DNA of 64,000 nucleotides from Candidatus Omnitrophota bacterium (GCA_044225175.1 JBGAJA010000007.1:13492-77491); one strand, 5' to 3'. Numbered from the stretch's first letter, positions 1 to 9,335 are shown. Program-made: numbers and translations. Notes: a model not told the origin generated them from the letters alone.

Positions 1-3000
1 CAATTTATTGTGGATACGGGCAATTCAGGATTATCCGTAGAGACGCAAAATTTTGCGTCTTTCCAAAATGAATCCCAAAGATTAATCAAATACTTCCTAG
101 CGGGCCTAACGATTCCAGAGGGAGATCTATGGGTGAATTTAAGCCCCTATGAGAAAGACAGAATCACGCCTACAGCCTTAGGAGAAACCGAGCTAGGACA
201 CGATTTGCTGGCGCAAGACTATATCTTAAAGCAGTTAACTGCATCGCTTATTTATCCAGAGAAAGACTTAGGTAAGGAGTTCTGGAGCCGGGTGTACCAA
301 CAGGCAAAAGAGAAGTTTGGGACAGCAAACGTGCCAGTTAACACCTTTAACAAAGTATGGATATTGCCGGATGAGGCCCAGGTATTTGAGAATAAAGGTG
401 CTGTGTATGTGACGAAATCGACGTTGAAGGTGATGTTGGATGAGGATTACCTGGCGATGAATAAACATAATGTAGGGGTGGGTTCCAAACCCACCCACAT
501 GAGGGCAGGCCTGCCTGATGTAGGGGTGGGTTCCAAACCCACCCACATGAGGGCAGGCCTGCCTGCCGGACAGGCAGGTTTAGAACCTGCCCCTACGGAT
601 TCAAATTATATCGGATCCAAAATCATCCGTGATATCGTCATTCCCGAAATCACCAAAGAAATTAATACGGGAAAGAATTTCGCACCTTTGCGTCAGATCT
701 ATAGTTCTCTTATCTTGGCTAAGTGGTACAAAGAAACCATCCAAAACGGCCTTTTAGACTCAATTTATACGAATAAGAGCAAGATATTAGGAATTAACCT
801 CTCAGACCCCGCTATGAAGCAAAAGATCTATGAACGCTACCTTCAGGCTTATAAGAAGGGGGTATTTAACTACATTAAGGAAGATGAAGCACCTACAGGG
901 CAAAAAACCCCAAGGAAGTATTTCTCAGGTGGGGCAGTTATAGATATTGATCTTAAAAGAACTAACAATAAAGGTATGATCAGTAGTGAAGGTTCGTTGC
1001 TAGCTTTGCAAGTGAGACTCAATTTGCCTAACGCTGCAATGACAGTCTTAGAAGAATTCATGGTATATCCCCAAAGGGCGATGAGTTTTGATGAGTTTGG
1101 GTTGGGATTGCTGGAGGAATTAGAGCAAGGTCATAGGGTACGCGTTCATGTCTTTGCGCCTCACACAATACAAGAATATATTTCTTGGCAGAAGGTTATG
1201 CCATTTGATACTCCTCAACAACGACTAGCCCATCAAATTGTATTAAATCTTTATAAACAACAAAAGATTAAAAGTATTCAGCTAAAAGCTGATGAGATTA
1301 TTTTAACTTTGAAAGAAAGGGTGATGATCAATGATAAGTCATTGGGTGAGATTCATTTGTATTGGCCAGATTCCCAGGAAATTGCAAGGCCGATCAAACA
1401 GAGATTTAAATCTGTCACGGAAATGGATTTGTTATTAGATTCTGAAAAGTTGACTGATTCTGATTTTATTGGTAAGAATTTCACATCACCTAACGCAGCA
1501 ATCCAAAAGTTATTAGCTTTGCTAGGGAATTTTTATGTCTTAGGGATTTATGATTATCAAGTCCAGACAGCGGAAGATCGAAGTGTACTTTTGCAGGAAT
1601 TAACGAACGATCAAGCAGAACGTGAAAAATATGCTCAACTGATTATTGCGGAAGAAGAATATGCTAAAGTAAAGCGTGATCTAGAATTAGCAGAAAAAGA
1701 AGTGCAACAAAAATTAGAACAACTAAGGTTGGTAGCAATAAAAGAAGCGGAAGAGCAAAGAAAAAGCCAAGAAAGACTTATTAAGCAAAGAGCTAGAGAA
1801 AAATTTGAGAAATATTTTAAAAAGATTTCACACTCTACGTATGTTGTTCCTTCCTTTTTGATTCCATTTTTTCAGAAAATGAAAGAAACAAGAGGTTCAA
1901 AATCCATTTATTTAGCATTGGAAGATTACGTGTCTGACGGGAGTATTGTTAGGATGTATCCTGATTTGCAAGGATTTAAAGTGGATTTTTATGATGGAGA
2001 ATTAAAGGATCCTAATGCCAAAGAGGTATTGATGGATTTGTTGGGTTCAATCAATCCTTTAAATGTGATTGATCAAGAGAATTTGTTAAAGAATCCAGAG
2101 AGTTTGTATGATTTCTTAATATCCGCAGCTTGGGAGGAAGAAACAAATGATTTAAGACTAAACGATAAAATTTATTATGATCAGTATGTCTTTGTGGGGC
2201 AGTATTTACATACTATATTTAAAAGAGACAGGGAAGAGATGATTAATAAGTTGTTAAATAGTTATAAAAGCACTGGGGATGAGTTGGATTTAGTAATGAA
2301 ATTATGGGGATTTCCTCATTTTATTCATTCGGAGGATATGGGAATATTTGATCAATTCTTTCAATCTGTATTAACAGAAACTAATATGATTAGTCTGGGT
2401 GGTTTTATTAAATATGCCGATAAGAGTGCGCCGCATAATATAAATATTTTAAAACTTTTAGGGGAGCGTTATCGGGGGTGGGTAGATGAAAGGTATATGA
2501 GTACCTTTTTGTGTATGGTCTTTATGGAACTTCCTAATCAGGTTATAAATCGATTTGAGCTAATGAAGCAAAGAGTTTTTGATTTGTTTTCTATAGAACT
2601 TAAAGTAAATATGGTGAATATTGAATATTACATTAGAGAACGGCAAATAAGAAATGAAAAGACAGTGATAAAATGGCTGGGAGGCGCTGAATCAAAATTA
2701 GAAGTCTTAATGGGGGGTGCTGTGGGAAGGCAGAAACGTCTTGCTGGCTCATCAAAATCTCTCAATCAAGCGATGATTGTGAAGAATAAAGAAGATTTTT
2801 CTACGGGTGCAGATTTAGCAATGGCTAATGAAGGTGGGGTCATTCAATTTGATAGTTTTGACCATTTTGAAGCGGCGGTTAAGAAGGGCGATTTGGATGC
2901 TAAAGCAAGGATTATAGTTGCAAGTTCGGCTGTTTTAGATGCTCTATTAATTGAATTAAGGGAAGCTTTTTCGGATGGAGTGGCTTTTAATATATTGATT

Positions 3001-4026
3001 AATGCGGTGGCCAAGCTTAAGGGTGAAGATCGAAAGGTATTTAAAGATGGGAAGTATGCTTGGGTAGAAGCATATTTTATTACAAAAGGTTTGTTGTCTA
3101 AAGGTCACCCCTCGCCTCTTCCTCGGGGAGGTATTAAGAGTGAGCTGCGTATAATCTTACAGGCCGCTATAGAAGGTTATTATAAAAGTTTGATTGATTT
3201 TAATGAGGCGCCTGAATTTCTTTTAGGTGATCACATTCCACCCTATATTCGGATATTCGGTTGGGCCAAGAGTATTTATACCTATACGCACAGCCCAAAG
3301 ATTAATAAACGGGTGTTTTCTACAAAGAAAGCAGCTACACAATACATAAAAGATTATATGATGAATCAAAAAATTACTGATGAGTCCTTGATTAGGGGAA
3401 TTATCAACATATTGAATCCTTGGAAATCTTTGAATAAGAAAGAAAAGTTATGGTTCTTTACAGAGCCAGAGTTAAAAATCAATCATACAGATAAAGAAAT
3501 TCTAATTGGGCTTATGGAAAAAGAAGTAAGAAAATATGATCCAAGGACCATCGCTAAAGCTTTAGAGATGGGAGATTCCTTGGAAAATCAAGCAGATAAA
3601 GAAGAGATATTAGGTATTATAAAGAATACGATCTTAGAAAAGTTAACGAGTGGTTTTTCTCAGTTCCAAGATGATAAGTTAGATCGAGTTATTGAAGAAA
3701 AAGCTAAGAAAGTTGGGGTGTTTCTACGATTAGAGAAGATTGAAAACGGATATAATCAGGATAGATTTGGTTTTAAATTAGTAGATATGGCTATGATGAA
3801 TAAGTCTCTTAATGCTCCTGGGGGTATTGATCTTAATCCAGTCCATATTCATCGTACGGGAAAAACAATTGCTGTTCAATTCGATCCTGCCCAACTCAAT
3901 GCGCTTATGCAAGGGGGTTTTGAAGGCTTTTCTCCTGTGATCATCAATATAAGACCTATTGAAAGCCCTTTACCATTGCTTGGAGTTGCCTCCCGCAGGG
4001 AAGAATCCGACTTGGCTAAGATCTGA
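1..4026 (+). CDS. Large modular protein, 5'-partial (conserved N-terminal domain, variable modules, C-terminal GGID domain); paralog of 45091-49689
   Basis: Frame is open from base 1 (QFIVDTG aligns with FEFVLDTG of the paralog), so the true start is upstream. Shares YFLAxLTIPEGDLWVNLSPYEK, PVNTFNKVWI, PRKYFSGG and C-terminal GGID..DPA..GFxPVIINI with the paralog. Confidence 0.85.
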   Translation, partial: QFIVDTGNSGLSVETQNFASFQNESQRLIKYFLAGLTIPEGDLWVNLSPYEKDRITPTALGETELGHDLLAQDYILKQLTASLIYPEKDLGKEFWSRVYQQAKEKFGTANVPVNTFNKVWILPDEAQVFENKGAVYVTKSTLKVMLDEDYLAMNKHNVGVGSKPTHMRAGLPDVGVGSKPTHMRAGLPAGQAGLEPAPTDSNYIGSKIIRDIVIPEITKEINTGKNFAPLRQIYSSLILAKWYKETIQNGLLDSIYTNKSKILGINLSDPAMKQKIYERYLQAYKKGVFNYIKEDEAPTGQKTPRKYFSGGAVIDIDLKRTNNKGMISSEGSLLALQVRLNLPNAAMTVLEEFMVYPQRAMSFDEFGLGLLEELEQGHRVRVHVFAPHTIQEYISWQKVMPFDTPQQRLAHQIVLNLYKQQKIKSIQLKADEIILTLKERVMINDKSLGEIHLYWPDSQEIARPIKQRFKSVTEMDLLLDSEKLTDSDFIGKNFTSPNAAIQKLLALLGNFYVLGIYDYQVQTAEDRSVLLQELTNDQAEREKYAQLIIAEEEYAKVKRDLELAEKEVQQKLEQLRLVAIKEAEEQRKSQERLIKQRAREKFEKYFKKISHSTYVVPSFLIPFFQKMKETRGSKSIYLALEDYVSDGSIVRMYPDLQGFKVDFYDGELKDPNAKEVLMDLLGSINPLNVIDQENLLKNPESLYDFLISAAWEEETNDLRLNDKIYYDQYVFVGQYLHTIFKRDREEMINKLLNSYKSTGDELDLVMKLWGFPHFIHSEDMGIFDQFFQSVLTETNMISLGGFIKYADKSAPHNINILKLLGERYRGWVDERYMSTFLCMVFMELPNQVINRFELMKQRVFDLFSIELKVNMVNIEYYIRERQIRNEKTVIKWLGGAESKLEVLMGGAVGRQKRLAGSSKSLNQAMIVKNKEDFSTGADLAMANEGGVIQFDSFDHFEAAVKKGDLDAKARIIVASSAVLDALLIELREAFSDGVAFNILINAVAKLKGEDRKVFKDGKYAWVEAYFITKGLLSKGHPSPLPRGGIKSELRIILQAAIEGYYKSLIDFNEAPEFLLGDHIPPYIRIFGWAKSIYTYTHSPKINKRVFSTKKAATQYIKDYMMNQKITDESLIRGIINILNPWKSLNKKEKLWFFTEPELKINHTDKEILIGLMEKEVRKYDPRTIAKALEMGDSLENQADKEEILGIIKNTILEKLTSGFSQFQDDKLDRVIEEKAKKVGVFLRLEKIENGYNQDRFGFKLVDMAMMNKSLNAPGGIDLNPVHIHRTGKTIAVQFDPAQLNALMQGGFEGFSPVIINIRPIESPLPLLGVASRREESDLAKI
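37..60. repeat. REP-like element: GTAG plus perfect 20-bp palindrome, inside CDS
   Basis: GTAG-AGACGCAAAA/TTTTGCGTCT. Confidence 0.8.
470..596. repeat. In-frame REPIN-like element with a 48-bp tandem duplication and a nested 21-bp palindrome
   Basis: 470-517 equals 518-565. GTAG-GGGTGGGTT-cca-AACCCACCC; closing arm GGGCAGG..TT-tag-AACCTGCCC-CTAC; nested CCTGCCTG-ccgga-CAGGCAGG at 558-578. Confidence 0.85.
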
Positions 4027-4038
4027 GAGAAAAATAAA

Positions 4039-4066
4039 TTGACAAATAAAGTCTTTTTGCGATAAT
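4039..4066 (+). promoter_or_regulatory. Sigma70-type promoter of rpsA
   Basis: TTGACA-N16-GATAAT with extended -10 TG. Confidence 0.65.
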
Positions 4067-4138
4067 GGCCGTCACTTTGAAACCACAGCAGCGCCTGTCT
4101 TCAAAGAATCTAATCAAAAGAAAGAGGATCACAAGAAC

Positions 4139-5692
4139 ATGAGTACTACAACAACACCAAAATCAGTTATGGAGGAGCTCTACGAGAGCACCTTAAAAGA
4201 TATAAAGGAAGGAGAAATCATCAAGGGCACAGTTGCCGCGGTGAATGCGAAAGAAGTTATCGTCGACATCGGGTTTAAATCTGAAGGATTTGTGCCTATT
4301 GAAGAGTTTCGCAACTTAGCAGATTTTGCCGTAGGTAGTCAAATCGAAGTTCTCATTGAGAACATTGAAGATGATAACGGTCGCTTAATCCTTTCTTACG
4401 GAAAAGCTGAACGCCTCAAAGGTTGGCAGAAAATTTCCGATGATATTAACGAAGGCGATATTGTTGACGGTCGCGTTGTTCGCGCAGTCAAAGGTGGATA
4501 TATCGTCGATGTATTTGGCATTGAAGCATTCCTACCAATGTCACTTTCCGCATTTAAAGGCATTTCCAACAACGATATTACAGTTAAGAATTTCAAATTC
4601 GTCGTAGCTAAAATGAATAAGCAAAGACGCAATTTGATTCTTTCACGCCGTGAGATGGTTCAAAAAGAACGCGAAGAAGTTCGTGAAAAGCTTTGGGGCG
4701 ATCTTAAAAAAGGTCAAAAACGCAAAGGAACTGTTAAGGGTATTACAGATTTCGGTGCGTTTATTGATTTAGGCGGGGTTGATGGTCTTCTTCATATCAC
4801 AGATATGAGCTGGAGCCGTATCAATCATCCTTCTGAAATTGTATCTGTTGGGCAAAAGATCGAAGTGTTGATCCTTGATTTCGATCAAGCCAACGCTAAG
4901 GTGTCTTTAGGTCTTAAGCAAATTGTAGCTAATCCTTGGGATGAAGCTGCTGCCAAGTTCCCTGCTGGAGCTAGAATTAAGGGAAAGATTGTTAATATTA
5001 TGCCATATGGTGTGTTTGTTGAAATCGATCGTGGCATTGAAGGTTTATTACACGCTTCTGAGATTTCTTGGCAAAAGAAGATTGTTAATCCTCAAGAAAT
5101 GTTCAAATTAGGCGATGTTCTTGATGTTCAGATCATCAACGTGGATAAAGATGCAAAACGTATCTCCTTAAGTATGAAACAGTTAGAAGAAAATCCTTGG
5201 GGGAATGCAGCTGCTAAGTTCAATGTTGGCGATAAGATCAAGGGTGTTGTTCGTGGATTTACCGATTATGGAGCTTTCATTGAATTAGAAAGCGGGTTAG
5301 AAGGTATGATCCATGTTTCTGATATGTCTTGGACCAAAAAAGTCAATCATCCTCAAGAAGTTCTTCAAAAAGGACAATCTTTGGATGTGGTTGTTCAGGC
5401 AGTGGATGCTGAGAATCGTAAGATTACTTTAGGTCTTAAGCAATTAGAATCTAATCCTTGGAATGAAATTGCTCAGAAGTTTCCAGTTGGTTCTGAAGTA
5501 GCCTCCGAAGTTGTGATGAACTCAAACTTTGGTGTGTTTGTTAAATTAGAAGGTGATATCGAAGCTTTGGTATACTCCTCTGAAATTGATAAACAACAAG
5601 CTGCGTCATTGAAACCAGGTGATAAGCTTCAAGTTAAGATTATTAAAGTTGACGTCGAAGGCATGAAAATCGGCGTTTCAGCTAAATTGTAA
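4139..5692 (+). CDS. rpsA: 30S ribosomal protein S1
   Basis: Repeated S1 domains (GAFIDLGGVDGLLHITDMSW). Confidence 0.97.
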   Translation: MSTTTTPKSVMEELYESTLKDIKEGEIIKGTVAAVNAKEVIVDIGFKSEGFVPIEEFRNLADFAVGSQIEVLIENIEDDNGRLILSYGKAERLKGWQKISDDINEGDIVDGRVVRAVKGGYIVDVFGIEAFLPMSLSAFKGISNNDITVKNFKFVVAKMNKQRRNLILSRREMVQKEREEVREKLWGDLKKGQKRKGTVKGITDFGAFIDLGGVDGLLHITDMSWSRINHPSEIVSVGQKIEVLILDFDQANAKVSLGLKQIVANPWDEAAAKFPAGARIKGKIVNIMPYGVFVEIDRGIEGLLHASEISWQKKIVNPQEMFKLGDVLDVQIINVDKDAKRISLSMKQLEENPWGNAAAKFNVGDKIKGVVRGFTDYGAFIELESGLEGMIHVSDMSWTKKVNHPQEVLQKGQSLDVVVQAVDAENRKITLGLKQLESNPWNEIAQKFPVGSEVASEVVMNSNFGVFVKLEGDIEALVYSSEIDKQQAASLKPGDKLQVKIIKVDVEGMKIGVSAKL

Positions 5693-5702
5693 TTAAGTTT
5701 AT

Positions 5703-5760
5703 AGGGGTAGGACATAAGGAATACCCGTTGTTCCTTATCTCTTACCCCTTATCTTTTTAT
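5703..5760 (+). terminator. Long imperfect hairpin followed by a T-rich tract after rpsA
   Basis: AGGGGTA..ATAAGGAA / TTCCTTAT..TACCCCT then TCTTTTT. Confidence 0.45.
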
Positions 5761-5765
5761 CCCTT

Positions 5766-6914
5766 ATGTCATCCCAAGACGCTATTCAAAAAATCTCCCG
5801 TGGCACAACCGAAATCATCTCCCAAGAAGATTTAGCTAAGAAATTAGCCCTTAAACGTCCATTAGTGATTAAAGCTGGTTTTGATCCAACTGCACCCGAT
5901 ATTCACCTAGGGCATGTGGTTTTATTGAAGAAAATGCGTCAATTTCAGGATTTGGGACATAGGGTGGTCTTTTTAATCGGAGATTTTACAGCCCAGGTAG
6001 GGGATCCAACAGGCCGTAATGAGCTTCGTAAGAAGATGACGCTCGAAGATATTGAACAAAACGCTAAAACCTATAAAGTGCAAGTGTTTAAGGTCTTAGA
6101 TCCACAAAAAACAGAGGTCGTTTTCAATAGTCATTGGCTTAGTAAGCTAACTCCTCAAGATTTATTAGAACTCTCCGCAAGGTCTACGGTAGCTCAGATG
6201 CTAGCCCGTGCAGATTTCAAGAAACGTTTTGAATCAGGTCGTGAAATAAGCCTTTTAGAGTTTATTTATCCCTTATTGCAGGGCTACGATTCAGTCCATT
6301 TGAAGGCAGATGTGGAATTAGGGGGTAATGACCAAAAGTTTAACTTGCTAATGGGGCGTCAATTACAAGAAAGCTATTCACAAACCCCTCAAGTAGTTGT
6401 CATGACTCCATTGCTTGAAGGCACCGATGGTGTTCAAAAGATGAGCAAGTCACTAAATAACTATATTGGGATTAATGAGAGTGCGAATGATATCTTTGGT
6501 AAGGTGATGTCAATCAGCGATGTTCTGATGCTTCGCTATTATGAACTTTTAACTGATGTAGATTTAGAGTCAATCAAGCAAATGCATCCTAAAGATGCTA
6601 AGATGCAATTAGCTCAAATGATTGTTGAGATGTTTCATCCAACAGGTGAAGGACTAAAGGCTCGTTCTTATTTTCAAGAAACATTTAGTCAGCACCAAAC
6701 GCCACAAGATATTCCAGAAATTAAATTCTCACAAGAACAAAAATTATTGGATTTGCTCATCTTAGAGAAAATAATTGCTTCCAAAAATGAAGGTCGTCGT
6801 TTGCTTAAAGAGGGGGCTGTTTCTCACGATGGTTTTGTTATATCCGACGAGAATTGGCCTTTAAAATCAGGCGTCATTAAAGTGGGAAAGCGTCGTTTTT
6901 TAAGATTATTGTAA
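5766..6914 (+). CDS. tyrS: Tyrosine--tRNA ligase
   Basis: GFDPTAPDIHLGH, YPLLQGYD, KMSKS, C-terminal S4-like domain. Confidence 0.97.
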   Translation: MSSQDAIQKISRGTTEIISQEDLAKKLALKRPLVIKAGFDPTAPDIHLGHVVLLKKMRQFQDLGHRVVFLIGDFTAQVGDPTGRNELRKKMTLEDIEQNAKTYKVQVFKVLDPQKTEVVFNSHWLSKLTPQDLLELSARSTVAQMLARADFKKRFESGREISLLEFIYPLLQGYDSVHLKADVELGGNDQKFNLLMGRQLQESYSQTPQVVVMTPLLEGTDGVQKMSKSLNNYIGINESANDIFGKVMSISDVLMLRYYELLTDVDLESIKQMHPKDAKMQLAQMIVEMFHPTGEGLKARSYFQETFSQHQTPQDIPEIKFSQEQKLLDLLILEKIIASKNEGRRLLKEGAVSHDGFVISDENWPLKSGVIKVGKRRFLRLL

Positions 6915-6941
6915 GTAGTTGATAATAGTTGAATTTTACTC

Positions 6942-6970
6942 TTGACAAAAAAAAATTCAGCAGATATACT
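6942..6970 (+). promoter_or_regulatory. Strong sigma70-type promoter upstream of tRNA-Thr and the ribosomal superoperon
   Basis: TTGACA-N17-TATACT. Confidence 0.75.
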
Positions 6971-7034
6971 TTTCGCTCATTTGTTTCACGCTGCAGGCGG
7001 CGGTATATCTGGTGATAAATAAACTTAATCACTT

Positions 7035-7107
7035 GCCCCTGTAGCTCAGTTGGTAGAGCACGTCCTTGGTAAGGACGAGGTCAGCGGTTCAATACCGCTC
7101 GGGGGCT
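7035..7107 (+). tRNA. tRNA-Thr(GGT)
   Basis: Cloverleaf: acceptor GCCCCTG/CGGGGGC, anticodon arm CGTCC-TTGGTAA-GGACG, T-loop TTCAATA; CCA not encoded. Confidence 0.95.
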
Positions 7108-7190
7108 TAAAATTTAGTAGTTCACAATAATCTTCATGTGACCCGGCAAAATACAGACCGGGGAGCGCGAAAATAAGTTCGGAATAAAAT

Positions 7191-7343
7191 ATGCGCGAGA
7201 CAATTCATTTTCAATGCACACAGTGCAATCGTATCATGTATACCAGCACCAAAGACAAGAAACAACATCCTGAAAGAATTGAACTTAAAAAATTTTGTTC
7301 TTTCTGTCGCAAGCATGTTGTTCATAAGGAAACGAAAAAGTAA
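7191..7343 (+). CDS. rpmG: 50S ribosomal protein L33 (Zn-ribbon type; not in the ORF track)
   Basis: Manual translation MRETIHFQCTQCNRIMYTSTKDKKQHPERIELKKFCSFCRKHVVHKETKK. Confidence 0.95.
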   Translation: MRETIHFQCTQCNRIMYTSTKDKKQHPERIELKKFCSFCRKHVVHKETKK

Positions 7344-7364
7344 TTAAGGCTGTAACGTACACAT

Positions 7365-7438
7365 AGGCCAGTAGCTCCAATTGGTAGAGCGACGGTCTCC
7401 AAAACCGTGCGTTGCAGGTTCAAATCCTGTCTGGCCTG
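7365..7438 (+). tRNA. tRNA-Trp(CCA)
   Basis: Acceptor AGGCCAG/CTGGCCT, anticodon arm ACGGT-CTCCAAA-ACCGT; canonical position before secE. Confidence 0.95.
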
Positions 7439-7496
7439 TTTAATTTATTTTACTTAGAGTAATTAACATAGCCAAAATTTTGGGTAAGTATTACAA

Positions 7497-7682
7497 ATGA
7501 TCGTTAAAGTTCAAAATTTTATTGGTGAAGTTTTAGCAGAAATGAAAAAAGTTTCTTGGGTTACTCGTCAAGAACTTTGGGATTCAACTCTGATTGTTTT
7601 AGCAAGTGCTTTGCTTTTAGGGGTATATGTCACTCTTATCGATTTTTTTCTTTCAAAAGGAGTCGCTCACCTGATTAGGTGA
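7497..7682 (+). CDS. secE: Preprotein translocase subunit SecE
   Basis: EMKKVSW motif plus one TM helix; upstream of nusG. Confidence 0.93.
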   Translation: MIVKVQNFIGEVLAEMKKVSWVTRQELWDSTLIVLASALLLGVYVTLIDFFLSKGVAHLIR

Positions 7683-7689
7683 AATTTAT

Positions 7690-8214
7690 ATGAAATGGTT
7701 CGTTGTTCATACTCAAACAGGTGCAGAAGAGAGAGCTAGAGCAGGTTTAGAAAGTCGTATGGCTACGACAGCTCTAAAACAATATATAGGTGAAGTAGTT
7801 GTTCCTACCGAACAGGTTTCTGAAGTTCGTGGTGGAAAAAAAAGAATTACAAGTCGTAAATTTTTTCCTGGTTATATTTTAATTAAGATGGAGATGAATA
7901 AAGAGAGTTGGTATTTGGTTAAAACAACTCCAGGAATTACAGGTTTTATTGGTCCAGGTAATCAGCCTCAACCTTTGACTGATACTGAAGTAGATAATAT
8001 TTTAAAACGTACTGAAGAGACAGGTTCAAAGCCAAGTCCAAAGATTGTGTTTGAAGTTAGTGAAGCTGTTCGCATCGCGCAAGGGCCGTTTGCGAACTTC
8101 AATGGTTCTGTGATGGAAGTTTATCCAGACCGAGGAAAATTAAAGGTAAGTGTCTCCATATTTGGTCGTTCAACATTGGTTGAACTCGAATATTGGCAAG
8201 TTGAAAAGATTTAG
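7690..8214 (+). CDS. nusG: Transcription termination/antitermination factor NusG
   Basis: FPGYIL, KOW motif GPFANF, IFGR. Confidence 0.97.
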   Translation: MKWFVVHTQTGAEERARAGLESRMATTALKQYIGEVVVPTEQVSEVRGGKKRITSRKFFPGYILIKMEMNKESWYLVKTTPGITGFIGPGNQPQPLTDTEVDNILKRTEETGSKPSPKIVFEVSEAVRIAQGPFANFNGSVMEVYPDRGKLKVSVSIFGRSTLVELEYWQVEKI

Positions 8215-8221
8215 GTGAATT

Positions 8222-8647
8222 ATGGCAAAAGAAGTCGTCGCTCAAATTAAACTCTACGTACCTGCAGGTCAAGCGAATCCTGCGCCTCCGGTTGGTCCTG
8301 CTTTAGGTCAACATGGTGTAAACATTATGATGTTCTGTAAGGCCTTTAACGATAAAACTAAAGGCAAAGAAGCGCTACCTCTCCCAGTTATTATTTCCGT
8401 ATACAAAGACAAATCATTTGATTTTGTCATTAAAACACCACCAACCTCAGCTTTAATTAAGAAGTCAGCTAAATTAGCTAAAGCTTCTGGTACAGCTGGT
8501 AAGGAAGTCATTGGAACATTAACAACTAAGCAAGTAGAAGAAATTGCAAAGTTGAAAATGGATGACTTAAACACCATCGATATGGCCGAAGCAATTATCA
8601 CCATCTCTGGTACAGCCCGTAGTATGGGGATTGAAGTCAAAGGGTAA
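8222..8647 (+). CDS. rplK: 50S ribosomal protein L11
   Basis: [18 protein letters not shown]. Confidence 0.98.
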   Translation: MAKEVVAQIKLYVPAGQANPAPPVGPALGQHGVNIMMFCKAFNDKTKGKEALPLPVIISVYKDKSFDFVIKTPPTSALIKKSAKLAKASGTAGKEVIGTLTTKQVEEIAKLKMDDLNTIDMAEAIITISGTARSMGIEVKG

Positions 8648-8651
8648 ACAT

Positions 8652-9335
8652 ATGTCAAGAATAAGTAAAAGAATGAAAGAAGTAAATCGTATCGTAGAAG
8701 GAGTGGTAAATCCAATTTCCTTAAATGAAGCTATTTCTTATTTGTCTAAGTCTCCTAAAGTCAAATTTGATGAGACTGTTGAAATGCATTTTAATTTAAA
8801 TGTAGATATGAAATCTTCAGATCAAGGTGTTCGTGGAACTGTCGTACTACCACACGGTAGTGGTAAAACTGTAAAGGTCGCTGTGTTCTGTAAAGGGGAT
8901 GCAATTGCTAAGGCAGAAGCTGCTGGTGCTGATTATGTGGGCAGTAATGACTTAATTGATAAAGTTTTTGGTGGTTTTATGGATTTTGATGTTGTCGTTG
9001 CAACTCCTGATATGATGCGTGATATCAGCAAGTTAGGTAAGGTTTTAGGTCCTCGTGGTCTTATGCCAACACCTAAGGCCGGAACCGTTACAACGGACGT
9101 CGAACGTACGATTAAAGAAGTTAAAGCTGGTCGTGTAGAATTTAAATCTGATAAACAAGGCGGAATACATCTTGGTATCGGAAAAAGATCTTTCGATCAA
9201 GCAAAGTTAATTGAAAACGCTCAGCAAGTCATTGAAGCTATCAATCATGCTAAGCCATCAACTGTTAAAGGTAACTTGATTAAAAGTTTGTCTGTGGCAA
9301 CCACTATGGGCCCAGGAGTGAAGGTGGTCATATGA
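8652..9335 (+). CDS. rplA: 50S ribosomal protein L1
   Basis: KFDETVE, LGPRGLMP; start moved to ATG 8652. Confidence 0.97.
   Translation: MSRISKRMKEVNRIVEGVVNPISLNEAISYLSKSPKVKFDETVEMHFNLNVDMKSSDQGVRGTVVLPHGSGKTVKVAVFCKGDAIAKAEAAGADYVGSNDLIDKVFGGFMDFDVVVATPDMMRDISKLGKVLGPRGLMPTPKAGTVTTDVERTIKEVKAGRVEFKSDKQGGIHLGIGKRSFDQAKLIENAQQVIEAINHAKPSTVKGNLIKSLSVATTMGPGVKVVI

Noticed and set aside
10-12. GTG at 10 as the start of gene 1
   Set aside because: The frame is open to base 1 and aligns with residue ~65 of the paralog, so the gene is truncated by the window.
5693-5765. T-box leader for tyrS
   Set aside because: The spacer is only ~70 bp and has no T-box consensus; just a hairpin.
7134-7325. 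Minus-strand 63-aa ORF
   Set aside because: Antisense shadow of rpmG.
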